64,000 bases of DNA from NCBI RefSeq assembly GCF_009914755.1, contig NC_060941.1; one strand, written 5' to 3'. This DNA comes from the human T2T-CHM13v2.0 reference genome, Homo sapiens. The position numbers and the translations under genes were made by a program. Below are positions 1 through 23,153 of this stretch, piece by piece (the first letter of the stretch is position 1; each line of letters begins with the position of its first letter). Below the pieces are notes generated by a model that saw nothing but the letters and a program-made list of their open reading frames with translations, did not search any database and was not told the origin of the DNA.

Positions 1-1516
1 TTTGCAGAGGGAGGGAGCCGTCCCACCTCCCCGCTTCTTCCCATGAGGGAAGGGGTCTCCCTCTGGGGCCCCTGACACCCCTTTTCTGGCCTGAGTGACA
101 AGCCCCGAGTGAGCTCTTCGTGGGAGACAGGGAAAAAGGAATGAAGAGGAGAGGAACTGAAACAGTTGGATGAATGGCGCTTTGTTTACCTCGCACACAA
201 TCGCCAGCTTGGCGGGAGGGCGGAACCGACCAAGGCCAGGGCGGCCTCCCAGCCAGGATTCCACAGGGCCACCCAGTGCCACCCCACCCCTGAGAAAGTG
301 CTTTATAAATGAAATCTCTATGCAAATGTTGTTTTATTATTATTACACCACCCCTGCCTGCAGGGCTGGGGACATCTGACAATGCTTTCAAAGGAGCATG
401 TTAGGGCTCTAATTAGACCAGGTTCCCCCTCCCCCTGCTCTGGCCCCAAACTGGCCTTGCCTCTAACTAGAGCTGCTGTTCTCAGTCACATTGGCTTTTA
501 ATGCCCATAGAACCAGAACCCATACGCCCTCCTTTCTGGGTGCCCAAACCCAGCAGGGAGAGGTGGGCAGCCCCGCAGGCTCTCAGCTGGGCCAACATGA
601 ACTAGCCTGCTGGCTGTTGTTCCCCGTGGCTGTTGCTCCTAGATCTGTTCTTTTGAACTCCAGATCAGAAAAGAAAATAGCTGGAGAGATAGACACCTGG
701 AGCCGAGGTGGGACTGGGAGGAGCAGGGACGAGATCCAAGAGTTTCCAGAAGCTCAGGCCTCTGACTGCATCCTGGGAGAGGCAGAGGGACCCAGCTCCA
801 GGGCTAGAGGGTGGGGCCAAGGGGGTCCCTGGGGTAGAAACCCTGGCTTCTCTTGGCCTTAGTTGTATGCGTTGATTAGTAGTCCCAAGAATGCATTCAT
901 CTGTCAACACAGGCTCATTAAAGGCTCACAGAAGCCTGGCAGCGCAGGCAGGACTGATGAGGGAATCAAAGCCCAGGGAGGCCAAGACCACATGGTTTGG
1001 GAGGCGCTATGGATGGGGTTCACATCTAGGTCTCTTGATGACTTCCTTCCCTAAACATCCCTGAGCATCTCTGCACTAGGGCCACGTCCCTATCCTCAGA
1101 GATGGCCCCATCAAGGAGGGGACATTAGCCATTCACACAATAATGCGATGGAGGCATGAGGGGCCCAGCAGGGCAGGAAGGGGTAGCAGGCAGAGCTCTC
1201 TCAATGGAGAGTCATGATGATGGGGAGAGAATGTTCTGGAAGAAGGCCAGCAGTATGAAGGTTGGGGCATGGAGCAATGTGAAGGCTGAGGAGGCGCTCA
1301 AGGGTTTGGTTTGGCAGAAGCGGGGGTAAAGAGGTGGAATGGGGGCAATGAGGCTTAAGAGCTGAGAAGGGACCCAACTCTGGGGGGCCTGCTGGGGCCA
1401 GCTTTGGGGGGAAGTGATCGTGAAGGCAGCAGAGCCACCACAGGGCTCTGAGAACTGTACATGGCTCTCTGAGGGATGGTCGGGGGAAGACTGGACAGGG
1501 GCTGCTTAGAGGATGA

Positions 1517-1821
<305 letters not shown>

Positions 1822-2137
1822 TGGGGATGATTTTTTAAAATCATGAGAGCCCTGGGGATATAGCCCAGAGATCTTTCTGCTACTCTGGTGGCCTGCAAGA
1901 GTTAATTGATGAGGGATGAACATGAAGGAGACTCCTGGTTAAGACTCCTCCCTCCAGCACCCCAGCTTCTCTGCTCCTCCACCGGGGGCTTCCCATCCCA
2001 CTTCTAGGTGCCTGGCCAGCAGAGGTGTGTGGTGGGTGTCACATGGATGAAATCCCTTCTCCCAGTGGCTCATCATTAGTTTGGCACACAAACAACGGGG
2101 CTTGCATTCATAGTTTTTGCTTATTCAAAATACCTTC

Positions 2138-3580
<1,443 letters not shown>

Positions 3581-3606
3581 ACCTTCTCACTTGGCATTCA
3601 GATTCA

Positions 3607-4237
<631 letters not shown>

Positions 4238-4976
4238 GACCTCACCCCTTTTACAGATGAGCAAACAGACACCCAGAGAAGTTGAGTGATTGTTAAGCTT
4301 TGCTGAGGCCGGGGGAGCTGCCCCACCTCATGGCTCTTGAAGCCAACGAGTGTCCCCATCGTACAACAACAAAAAGCAGTGCCCCAGCCCTGGGATGTCC
4401 CCTCTGAAACCTCACAGCCCCCTCTTCTGTGCCCTGGAGCTTATCCCTAGCCCTTGTGTTTCCGTTTATTAATTGATTCATGGTGCTAAGTGGACACTCA
4501 AATCGCTGTACAAACAGAAGTGTGAATTTTTAATCACCATCATTATGAGGCTCTCATTTAGCTCGGGCTGCAAATTTCTGAATCGTCATCATCCAGCTCC
4601 TTCCCCTTTATTAATGCTCTGCTCTGAAAAGCGGGGGTGGAGGTGGGGGGAGCTTTGGAATTCTCTGGCTGCAGGGCCTGGCAAGGTCATTCATGCCCAT
4701 GCCCCCGGCCTGGGATCAACGGCAGCCAGTGCTTTGCTGGACAGATCGTGGCCATGACCACCTTTCTTTTATCTGGAGTACCTGCCTTCCTCTCCACGGA
4801 GCGCCCTGCCTTTATGGCGACAGTGCAGACAGGGGCGTCAGGCAGGTCAGGGTTCAAATCCAGCCTTTGTCAGCTACCAGTCTACATCCTGGGTCAGGCA
4901 TTTAATCGCCTCTCTGAACCCCAGATTCTGCATTAGTAAAATGGGACCAATGCACACCATGTCCCTGGAGGACTGA

Positions 4977-5364
<388 letters not shown>

Positions 5365-6677
5365 TAAAAGATGCCATGGGGGAAGGGGTCCCATGATGCT
5401 TCAGGTGCTGCTGGGGGCTACTGTAAGATCCGGCAGTGATGGCCTGGCAGCCGAATAGCCACGGGGTTGGGAGGGGCTGGAGGTCAGGAGGGGTGCCCCT
5501 CACCCGCCGCTGCTGCTGCTCAGTCCCAGGGACAATGAGCCAGTGTTCCCTGCTCTCTCCACCGCCCTTTGTGCCCCAAGAATGCCACTTGGAGGGGACA
5601 GCTGTTGGCTTCACAGTGGCCACTTGAAGTGCAGGGCAGGGAGGCCCTGCAGCCAGGATGGTCCTGCTCTGTCATTGTGCAGGAACTCAGTCTCTAGGAG
5701 TCCGTCAGTTCTGACACCTGCACCCAGGGAAAGACATCTACTTCCCCTTGGGGCTTGGAAATAGCCACAGGACTAATAAACCACCCACACTTCTCATTCA
5801 AGGCTCCTCCCATTCTCAAGGTAAACTTCCAAGCTGCTCTACCCGTTTTATAGGTAAGGAAATCAAGGCCCAGAAGTGAAACCACTGCCTAAGCTTATAT
5901 AGCCAGTAGATGTGGGAATGGGGGCCTAGAATCCAACCTTTGCTACCAGTTACTAGGACTTAATTGGTTTAGGTTCACTGTTTACGTTGTATTCTCTCTA
6001 ATTCCCACAAAACCTTGCAAAGAGAGCTATTATTCTTTCTCTTCTACAACTGAAAAAAGCTGAGGCTAAAGGCTTAGATGTGCTTCCTAAAGACCACAAG
6101 CTCAGGTCTGCTTGGCCCCAAAGCCAGCTCCTTCCAGCCTACCAAGCTAAGCGTGGGAGACGGCTCCACCTCCCCTGGGCTGGGAAGACCACCCAGACCC
6201 CTGAGGCCCAAGACAGCTACTGAGCCTTTGCTTGTTCCTGAGTAGGTAGGATGCAGATTCTACTTTTGGTCCAAATATCAAGGAAATAGGACATTTTGGG
6301 CTTAGGGAGTCAGCCCTGCTCAAAGGGGTGTGCAGATAGCATTCCCTGTCCACTGTTGCCGCGACGTTTCTTCACTTGGTCTTCAGGTCATCCTCCGCCC
6401 TGCCTGGGGTTCTGTGCCCAGAGCCTCTCCAGGCTGAGCAGAGGCTGCCCAAAGCCTCCCTGGGCTCAGAGGGAAACTCCACAGGCTTCAGCCCCTGCCC
6501 CCCATGCCCTGTGAGAAAGGAGCCTGTCACCCACAGCTGCAGGCCCGGCCTGTCCGCAAAGCCGAAGTGGCAGAGGTGGCAGGTGGGGCAGCTTGGGTCA
6601 CACTCTGGTCTCCTCCTCCTTAACCACAGTCCTCTGGCTTCCCACGTCTGGCTCTTACCCTCCCTCCTCTGGGGAGC

Positions 6678-7360
6678 TATTCACTCACTCACTCACTCAT
6701 TCACTTACTCATTCATCCACTCACTCATTCACTCACTTATTCACTCTCACTCATTTATTCACTCACTCACCTATTCACTTATTCACTCACTCTTTCACTC
6801 ACTCACTCATTTATTCACTCATTCACTCACTCATTCACCCATTTGCTCATTCACTCACTTGTTCACTCATTCACTCACTCATTCACCCATTCACTCACTC
6901 ATTCACTCACTCGTTCACTCATTCACTCACTCATTCACCCATTCACTCACTCATTCACTCACTCACTCATTCACTCATTCATTCACTCACCCACTTATTC
7001 ACTCATTCATTCACCCATTCACTCATTCACTCACTCACTCATTCACTCACTCACCCACTTACTCATTCACTCACTCACTCATTCACTCACTCATTCACTC
7101 ACCCACTCACTCATTCTCTCACTCATTCACTCATTTATTCACTCACCCACTTACTCACTCACTCATTCACTCACTCATTCTCTCATTCACCCACTCATTC
7201 TCTCATTCACTCACTCATCCACTCACTCACTCATTCCCTCACTCATTCACTCACTTATTCACCCATTCACCCATTTGTTCACTCATTCACCCACTCATTC
7301 ACTCAGTCACTCACTCATTCACTCACTCACTCACTCACTCATTCACTCACTCACTCGCTC
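6678..7360. repeat. ~680-bp degenerate (CATT/CACT)n tetranucleotide array
   Basis: Continuous tcac/tcat units, almost G-free on the plus strand. Confidence 0.97.
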
Positions 7361-7433
7361 AAAAGTATTTTTTAACTGCTGCCGTCTCTGGAAGACACAG
7401 AACAAACAAGACACAGCCACTTGCCTAGGAGAT

Positions 7434-8871
<1,438 letters not shown>

Positions 8872-9214
8872 AGAGAGGAACGTAACCAATAAGCAGGCAG
8901 TGACATCAGAAGGCACTGGCGGAGCTACTACAAGGCTGCTGAGCTCTCACTTAGGTGTTGCAGGAAAGCTTCTGGGAGGAAGTGAAACAAAGGCATAGAC
9001 ATGTAGAGTCTTGTCAAGGCAGAAGGGGGACAATGGTTCCAGCCGCCGCCATGCGTTTAGGAAACCACTTCTGGTTCTATAGGATCAGATCTGGCACACT
9101 GGCTGCTGGGGGTGGCTCGGGGGACTGGGAGGTCCAGGCTTGCGAAGGGCCTCAAACCTGGGACCTTGAGGAGTCACTGAAAGCCCACTTTACGATGTTG
9201 TTGAAATTTGCATT

Positions 9215-10394
<1,180 letters not shown>

Positions 10395-10872
10395 CTAACG
10401 GATGGTCCTGTGTTCCCCTGGGGACGCATAACCCCCTACCCCCATGGGGAGGAGGAGAGAGGGAAGTTTCTGTAGAGCAGGGACCCGCCCGCTGACTGTG
10501 GACACTGTGTTGGATTAATTCTCCCAGCCGTGGCCCAGGGTGCTCACTTTGATGGATGGTGGGTCCAGGGTCACAAGTTTGATCTGTCTTTGGGTCAACT
10601 GAGTCTGGAAGAAAAACTCTATTTTCATCACCATAGACTGCCCTCTGGTCTGTTATCTCTAAATAATTATTGGGTCATGAGGCAGACAGAGAGTAAGATG
10701 GAAAAACCCTCCAGGCCCCGACTATTGACAAAGAGTCGATTGTACCCACTTTGTGTACAAAGCCCAGTGAGTGTGGGCAGGGGGAGCGGGAGGCAAAGCG
10801 CGGGCCCCACTCACTCCCCGCCTGGATAAACTGCCCTGACCCTGGAGGGGGTGCTGGAGGGAGACTCAGTAG

Positions 10873-11261
<389 letters not shown>

Positions 11262-11377
11262 GCTGACTTAGCGCTGTCTTTGCTCTCTCCTTTTGGTGAG
11301 GCTTTCAATTCCATGTTCTCATTTGACGGCTCCCACTCCTGGATGTGTTTTCTGCAGACAAAGAGACAGTTGCTCCT

Positions 11378-12065
<688 letters not shown>

Positions 12066-12282
12066 CTCGCTTCACAACAGCTTGCCATTTCCATTTGAAT
12101 CGGCTTCCATGTATCTGAGATCAAACTCAAACTCCCCCAAATCCATTCTTCCCTCAGTCTTTCCTGCTCAGAAAAAGTGAAACTGCCCAGACACTCAGGC
12201 CAAAAGCTAGGTGAATCTTTGGTTCTCTAAACATGCTTGTCCCCGCCATTCACCTCCCGGACTCCTCATCCTCTGAGTCTGA

Positions 12283-14512
<2,230 letters not shown>

Positions 14513-14541
14513 TAAGAAAGTGGCTCACTCCTCCTTTATGA

Positions 14542-15047
<506 letters not shown>

Positions 15048-15199
15048 CCTCTGGGAGGATCTAAATTGTGCCTCTTGGATCATGTGGGTCTGGCCCTCCA
15101 TAGAGTGGGTTTTACTGATCTGTGCCTTGGTATCAAACCCTCAATTTATCCTGAGTAACTCTGTAGAAAGCAGCTGATAGGGTTTGTGTGACTGTATCT

Positions 15200-16007
<808 letters not shown>

Positions 16008-16970
16008 TGAGTCTCAAAACCGGCAGATTTCCCTCTTTGTTTTGACTGATACGAAGCTCAGAATACTGTTTGCAGTCCACCTTTGAGGATTGTGGAGCCC
16101 CAGCCAAAGAACATTTCTGTGTCCTACCCTCTTGGTTCATTGTACCATGTGTTCCAGTGTTGTTTTCTCTCTGATCTATTTTTATCCTATTGTATTTTAT
16201 GAATTTTTGTAAGCTGCCTCTAATCCTTTTTGGAAGAAAGCAGGGCAGAAGAAGAAAACAAGATTCATCAGAACCCTGTGGCCTTGACAAGTGTGTTTTA
16301 ACATGCCAAGTGTCATTTAGGGTTGGATTCTGGCCAGGGAAGGCAGCTATCCTTGGCTCCTCCTATCTCTCCTGGGAGTCTCTGTGGAGAACAGCAGCTC
16401 AGTAGGTTAGAGCAACAGGTTTTAGAGGTAGAGCCAGTATCCATCTGCCTGCAAGCACCACTCCCTCCCACCAAAATATTCTTCCCAGTCTCCCATCTGT
16501 CTGTTGGCAGGAAGCCACGGGGCCTAGAGGAGATCGGAAAGGGGAAGAATAAAGATAAGGTCTCCCATTTTCATTCCTAACTTTTATTTCTGGCATCTTA
16601 AATCAGGGCCCTCAGGGCTCAGGGAAAGATCGTGTACGTGTTAAGTGCTGCGGGTGAAGGGTGGCCAGGAAGGGCACCTGCCCAAGTGTGGAGGGAGTGG
16701 GGGCCTTGGGGAGTCTGTCATATGAGGGTCGAGGGGAGCCAGGCAGGGGTGGGGAGTGCCACACACACCTGGAAAGTCCCACCCCTCCATCTCGCCCTGC
16801 GTTCAGGGATCTTCCAGCCACCCCTGCAGCTATACCACTCCCAGCTCTGCACGCAGTCTGCTGCTCACGCCATCCCTCAACCTGTCCCTCACCTCCCAGG
16901 CTGCAGCACCCAGGCCAGCCCAGAGAATTCCACCTGCTCTGCTCTGCTCTGCTCTACTCGTGGGACTTTA

Positions 16971-17363
<393 letters not shown>

Positions 17364-18448
17364 CTAAACTTTGAGGATCCTGAGAATCCCTTGCTGCCTT
17401 CATGTGTCCTGACAGCCTCTGTCCCTTTGTTCTACTTTCTTCTGGGAATGTGGTGCCACCTTGGTGGAGAGAGGAGGAGTGGCTGGGCGTGTGTAACTCT
17501 GGGGTCAAAGATGGACACCACGCAGGAGTAGCCTGGATGCCAGCAGGAGCACAGGCCCGAGGCTGCAGGCTTGAGAGGCAAGGGGCCCAACCCAGAGCCC
17601 TGGTCCTGCCCAGCAGAGCCAGAGGCCAGGCAGAGCAACCCTGAGAAGGGCAGGGCCTTGGCCGCCTGGTGGGCAGAGGTGACCTATGGGAAGCAGCAGC
17701 TGCCGCTGAAGGGGGCTGGAGCAGCCAGTGCCTCCCTGACACTTCCCTTGGGCACACAGAACCGTGGGAGATGGGCATGCCCCACTCTGAGAGGCTGATA
17801 GCCCCGTCTCTGTGCTGCTTGGCCAAGCCAGGCCACCGGCCCCACCTTGTCATTCCATGTCCAGCTCCTCTGTTTCCTAGACCTGTGGGGTGGGCTGGTT
17901 CTTTCACCTCTAGCTGCTTCCCCTGTAAAATGGGGGTGATATGAATGGCATGGACCTCACGGAATTGTTATGAGAATGAACTGAGGCCAATGCAAAGAAC
18001 AATGCCTAGCATATGGCGGTCATAGCTGCTAAGACATATGGCCCGTATCACAGCGGTGCAGAGCGGCGTGTGCCCAGTAAACGGGCGCACAGCCCTATCC
18101 ACATGGGGGACGTGGAGGGAGATGCTCTGGACCCGCTGGGGCAGGTGGCGGGGCTGGTGCCAGGACATCATCGGGCCAGAAGGCTTTGGGTCCCATCCCA
18201 TTTTGGAAAATGGTGGCTGAGATCTGAATTTAAATGACCAAATTATTACCCAGAAGTAGTTCCTGGTTCCTTTAGACAGAAAGGGCCCACAGAACATCTT
18301 TAAAGCAAGAAGTGCCCTGCGGGGCCCTAGGTTTCTCAGGTGAACCTCAGAGACCAACGGGGAAAGAGTAAGGACCCCCCAAATCCAACCCCACCCAGGG
18401 AAGCTCTGGCTCAGCCTCCATAGAGGTTCAAAGTATGACCTCATATGA

Positions 18449-19495
<1,047 letters not shown>

Positions 19496-20654
19496 TCCCA
19501 GCAAATCTTAACAGAGCTCTGTGGCCTGGCTGGTTCTGCGTGTTCATCTCATCCTTGTCTCCTGGGTCCACTGAACCCCCAGCCAGAAGGTATGCTCCTT
19601 AAAGCTGTGAATCAAGCCAGGTCCCCGGGTCTTCTTGAATGCTCAGAGCTTTTCCATCAATGGTCAAGAAACAGATTCTGGGGCTCGGGGCGGCTGGTTT
19701 CTCTGGGCCCCTAGGGAGTCCCTGGTTAGTCGGTGTAGGTACAGTCATTTCTCTCTCTTGGGAGGTTGCACTGTGTCTGGGAGGCACAGCCCCTTCTCAT
19801 CTGCCTGGTCCTCGCCTGAACAGTACCTTCCTCTCCCCAGTCATCCCTGAGCTAGACTGTAGCCCCTAGGGACCCGTCTCCCAATGGGCCCCAGCTCTCC
19901 TCCCTCTCTCTTCTTCCCTTGGGGCAGCCAGAAGTCCCCGCTCATAACTCCCACACGAATGAGCCTGTCTAGGGACAGAGGGAGGGACCTGAGTGACATT
20001 TTAATTATGCCTCTAATTGCTTTCCAGGGAGATGAGTGGGGAACTCACATTTCTCTGTGGGTGCTCAGGGGAGAGTGCAGGGTTTCCACCAGGAACTCAG
20101 CCACATTGAGATCCCCAATATTTCCCCAGATTTCCTGAGAGCAAGCGGGGGCTTCAACAAGCAGTGAGCCAGCCCTACGCAGACCAGGGCTCCCTTCTGA
20201 AGCTGTCCAGAAAGAGGGGAACATGATTCAAGGGAAGGAGGTGGTAGGGCAGGGGCAGGGCAGTGGGTTCAGGGGCCACTAGACCCTCACCCCCTGACTT
20301 TATATCCCGAGGTTTTGATGTGCCCAGGAGTGGTGGGGTGAGAAGGGCAGGAGTTTTGAATGAATTCTGGGCATTAGAGAAGGCGGCCTCGAGGCTTATC
20401 TGATCATCTTTCTCCATCTGGAAAATGGGGATGTGGAGCTTCTATCTCCCTGAGAAGTGAGGTTGAACTGAGGACCTGCCACTTGTAAGCTGATTTTCTA
20501 GGCTTAACGGTAAAAGGGGAAAGAGGAGGTGGTAGCCCCGCTCCCAGCATCATGCAGAAACTGCCTTCAGGGCCAGCCACTTTCTGGTGGTGACAGTTGC
20601 GTGCACCAGGACACCAGGGGGCTGGGGAGAACACAGTCACTCTCATCCTAATCA

Positions 20655-21056
<402 letters not shown>

Positions 21057-21364
21057 TCAACCCTCTAAGAGTGGCAGGATACCCATTTTACAGAGCAGGA
21101 GAGGGAGGCACAGAACAGCTAAGCGACCAAGTGCCAAGGGCTTCCAAGAGATGGCAGTTAGGGACACCTGAGTCCCCAGACTCTGAAGGGGCCTGCCCAG
21201 GCAGACAGCATCGCAGGAAGGGCGGGTCCTCACGGACAGAGAGACAGAAGCCACCTCAGGCCCCCTTGGACAGCTCTAGGACCTGGGTCCAGACCCCACC
21301 CCCATCCTGAAATAGCCCTCCCAAAAAGCAGAGACAGACACCAGGCGTGCTTTAGGGCTTTTTT

Positions 21365-21370
21365 TTTAAT
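21365..21370 (-). terminator. Polyadenylation signal ATTAAA of CDC42EP4
   Basis: Plus-strand tttaat. It is the only AATAAA/ATTAAA hexamer I found on the minus strand in the unique sequence downstream of the stop, and unique sequence gives way to MIR/Alu just beyond it. Confidence 0.75.
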
Positions 21371-21556
21371 GTTTCCTCACTGTTTTGACAATATCATGAA
21401 AAAAATCAGTTTAGAATCTGGAACTGGCCTGGACGGGATTTGAGGGCAGCTGGCGGGGGCTGCATAGCCCCTGAGGTTCCTCCCCCACCATGGGACCTAA
21501 GCTATTGGAAACAGGAGCACCAACAGGGCACCGAACCTGGAACTAAGTTAGTGTCT

Positions 21557-21594
21557 AGAGTCAGGCAAGAGAGGAGAGTCAGGCAAGAGAGGAG
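21557..21594. repeat. Perfect 18-bp tandem duplication in the 3' UTR
   Basis: agagtcaggcaagagagg x2 (+ag). Confidence 0.95.
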
Positions 21595-21764
21595 GGGCCG
21601 GGCCACAGTCGCCATGGGGACGCCCCTGGCTGTGGTAGGTTCTGTGTCTCCCCCTCCCCCCACTGGCTACATGGAGACAGGGAGGTGGGTCAGGCTGTTC
21701 CCAGGACAGAAAAATAACCGGCAGTCAACCTCAGGGCTCATACCCGAGCTTCTGCTCAATCCCC

Positions 21765-21943
21765 TCGGGGACAGTTACAGGACTCAGAGAGAAACGTAAA
21801 TTTCAGAAAAACAAATCATTTTTCACATAAGTGTTCCAAATATTGCGTGGGGCATATTAATGCTAGAAAATTATCTTTTGTTTACCTGAAATTTGCGTTT
21901 AACTCAGCACTCTGTTTTGGTTTTGCTAAATCTGGCCAACCCT
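21765..21943. mobile_element. MER53 palindromic hAT MITE inside the CDC42EP4 3' UTR
   Basis: aaatttcagaaaaacaa...ccaaatattgcgtggggcata...tgtttacctgaaattt...tttgctaaatctggccaaccct, matching the recalled MER53 consensus and its internal inverted symmetry. Confidence 0.8.
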
Positions 21944-22246
21944 GGCCTCAAAAGTCGGTGGGGGGAGGCCTGAGAAAAGAAAGGGAAGTAGTCAGTACTG
22001 AGGGTATTGAGGGGAGGGAGGGAATAACTCAGCCAAAAAGAAAAAAAAGGCTTTCCCCCCATAGGAATGATATATTATTTAAAAAAAAAATCGTTCTCCA
22101 AAAATATTCTGCACTGGCCTTCCTCAGTTGTTAATAGCTATGGGAGGTGCGTAGGGAAAACACACACACCAGACACCCACCCCATGTCATTCTAAATAAA
22201 GTTGGGAAGCACTAAAGTTGAGCTGGTGTCTTTGCCACGGATGTCC

Positions 22247-22297
22247 CCAGACTCCAGTCCGCTAATCGCCACCAGACTCCAGTCCGCTAATCGCCAC
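22247..22297. repeat. Perfect 25-bp tandem duplication in the 3' UTR
   Basis: ccagactccagtccgctaatcgcca x2. Confidence 0.95.
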
Positions 22298-23153
22298 TGT
22301 GAATTTTGAAGAGGAGGCTTAGTATAAAGGTTTTCTAAAAGGATTGATTCTCATTCTGAGGCAGACCTATTAACACCATCCTGATATTGCTCTATAAGGA
22401 TTTAAACACAATAATAAAGAACAAACAAGCCCCTAGGGACTGAGCGAGTGCCCTAGCCCTGTTCCTAGTGTCATCCTGGAAGGGTCCCTTCTTGCAATTC
22501 ACGAAGCCTGGGGGGCTTTCCTTCCATTCTCCATCCTGCTCTCTTCCCCTGGAAAGGGCTGCGTTTAGTGCACATGCTCGCAGCTGGCCCCCCGTCCAGC
22601 TCAGCTCCAAGGGGCTCCAGATTTCCAGGGCAGGAGCTGGGGTGGGGCAGGGAGGGGCTGAGAGGCAAGACCGTCTCCCTCCTGCTGCAGCTGCTTCCCC
22701 AGCAGCCACTGCTGGGCACAGCAGAAACGCCAGCAGAGAAAATGGGAGCCGAGAGTCCTTAGCCCTGGAGCTGAGGCTGCCTCTGGGCTGACCCGCTGGC
22801 TGTACGTGGCCAGAACTGGGGTTGGCATCTGGCATCCATTTGAGGCCAGGGTGGAGGAAAGGGAGGCCAACAGAGGAAAACCTATTCCTGCTGTGACAAC
22901 ACAGCCCTTGTCCCACGCAGCCTAAGTGCAGGGAGCGTGATGAAGTCAGGCAGCCAGTCGGCACCCATGCCAGCCCCCTACGTCCTCCGAAGACCCGAGG
23001 GCCAGGCCAGTGTCCCTCATCTACAAGGTCCAGGGTCCATGGTCTGAATCAAGGGTCCTGGCTGCCCCTGCGCCGTAGGGTCAAAGGTCATAGTGGGGTG
23101 GGGGCAGGGAGAAGATGCAGCCAAGAGCTCCCGGTGGCCACCCACTGTCCGCC

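Noticed and set aside
1-170. Possible 5' end of the neighbouring gene (CPSF4L by recalled synteny)
   Set aside because: No CCCH zinc-finger coding sequence or convincing exon is visible in the window, so it is not called as a feature.
22392-22964. 190-aa minus-strand ORF in the 3' UTR
   Set aside because: Lies downstream of the CDS stop in the same exon, with low-information composition and no homology I recognise.
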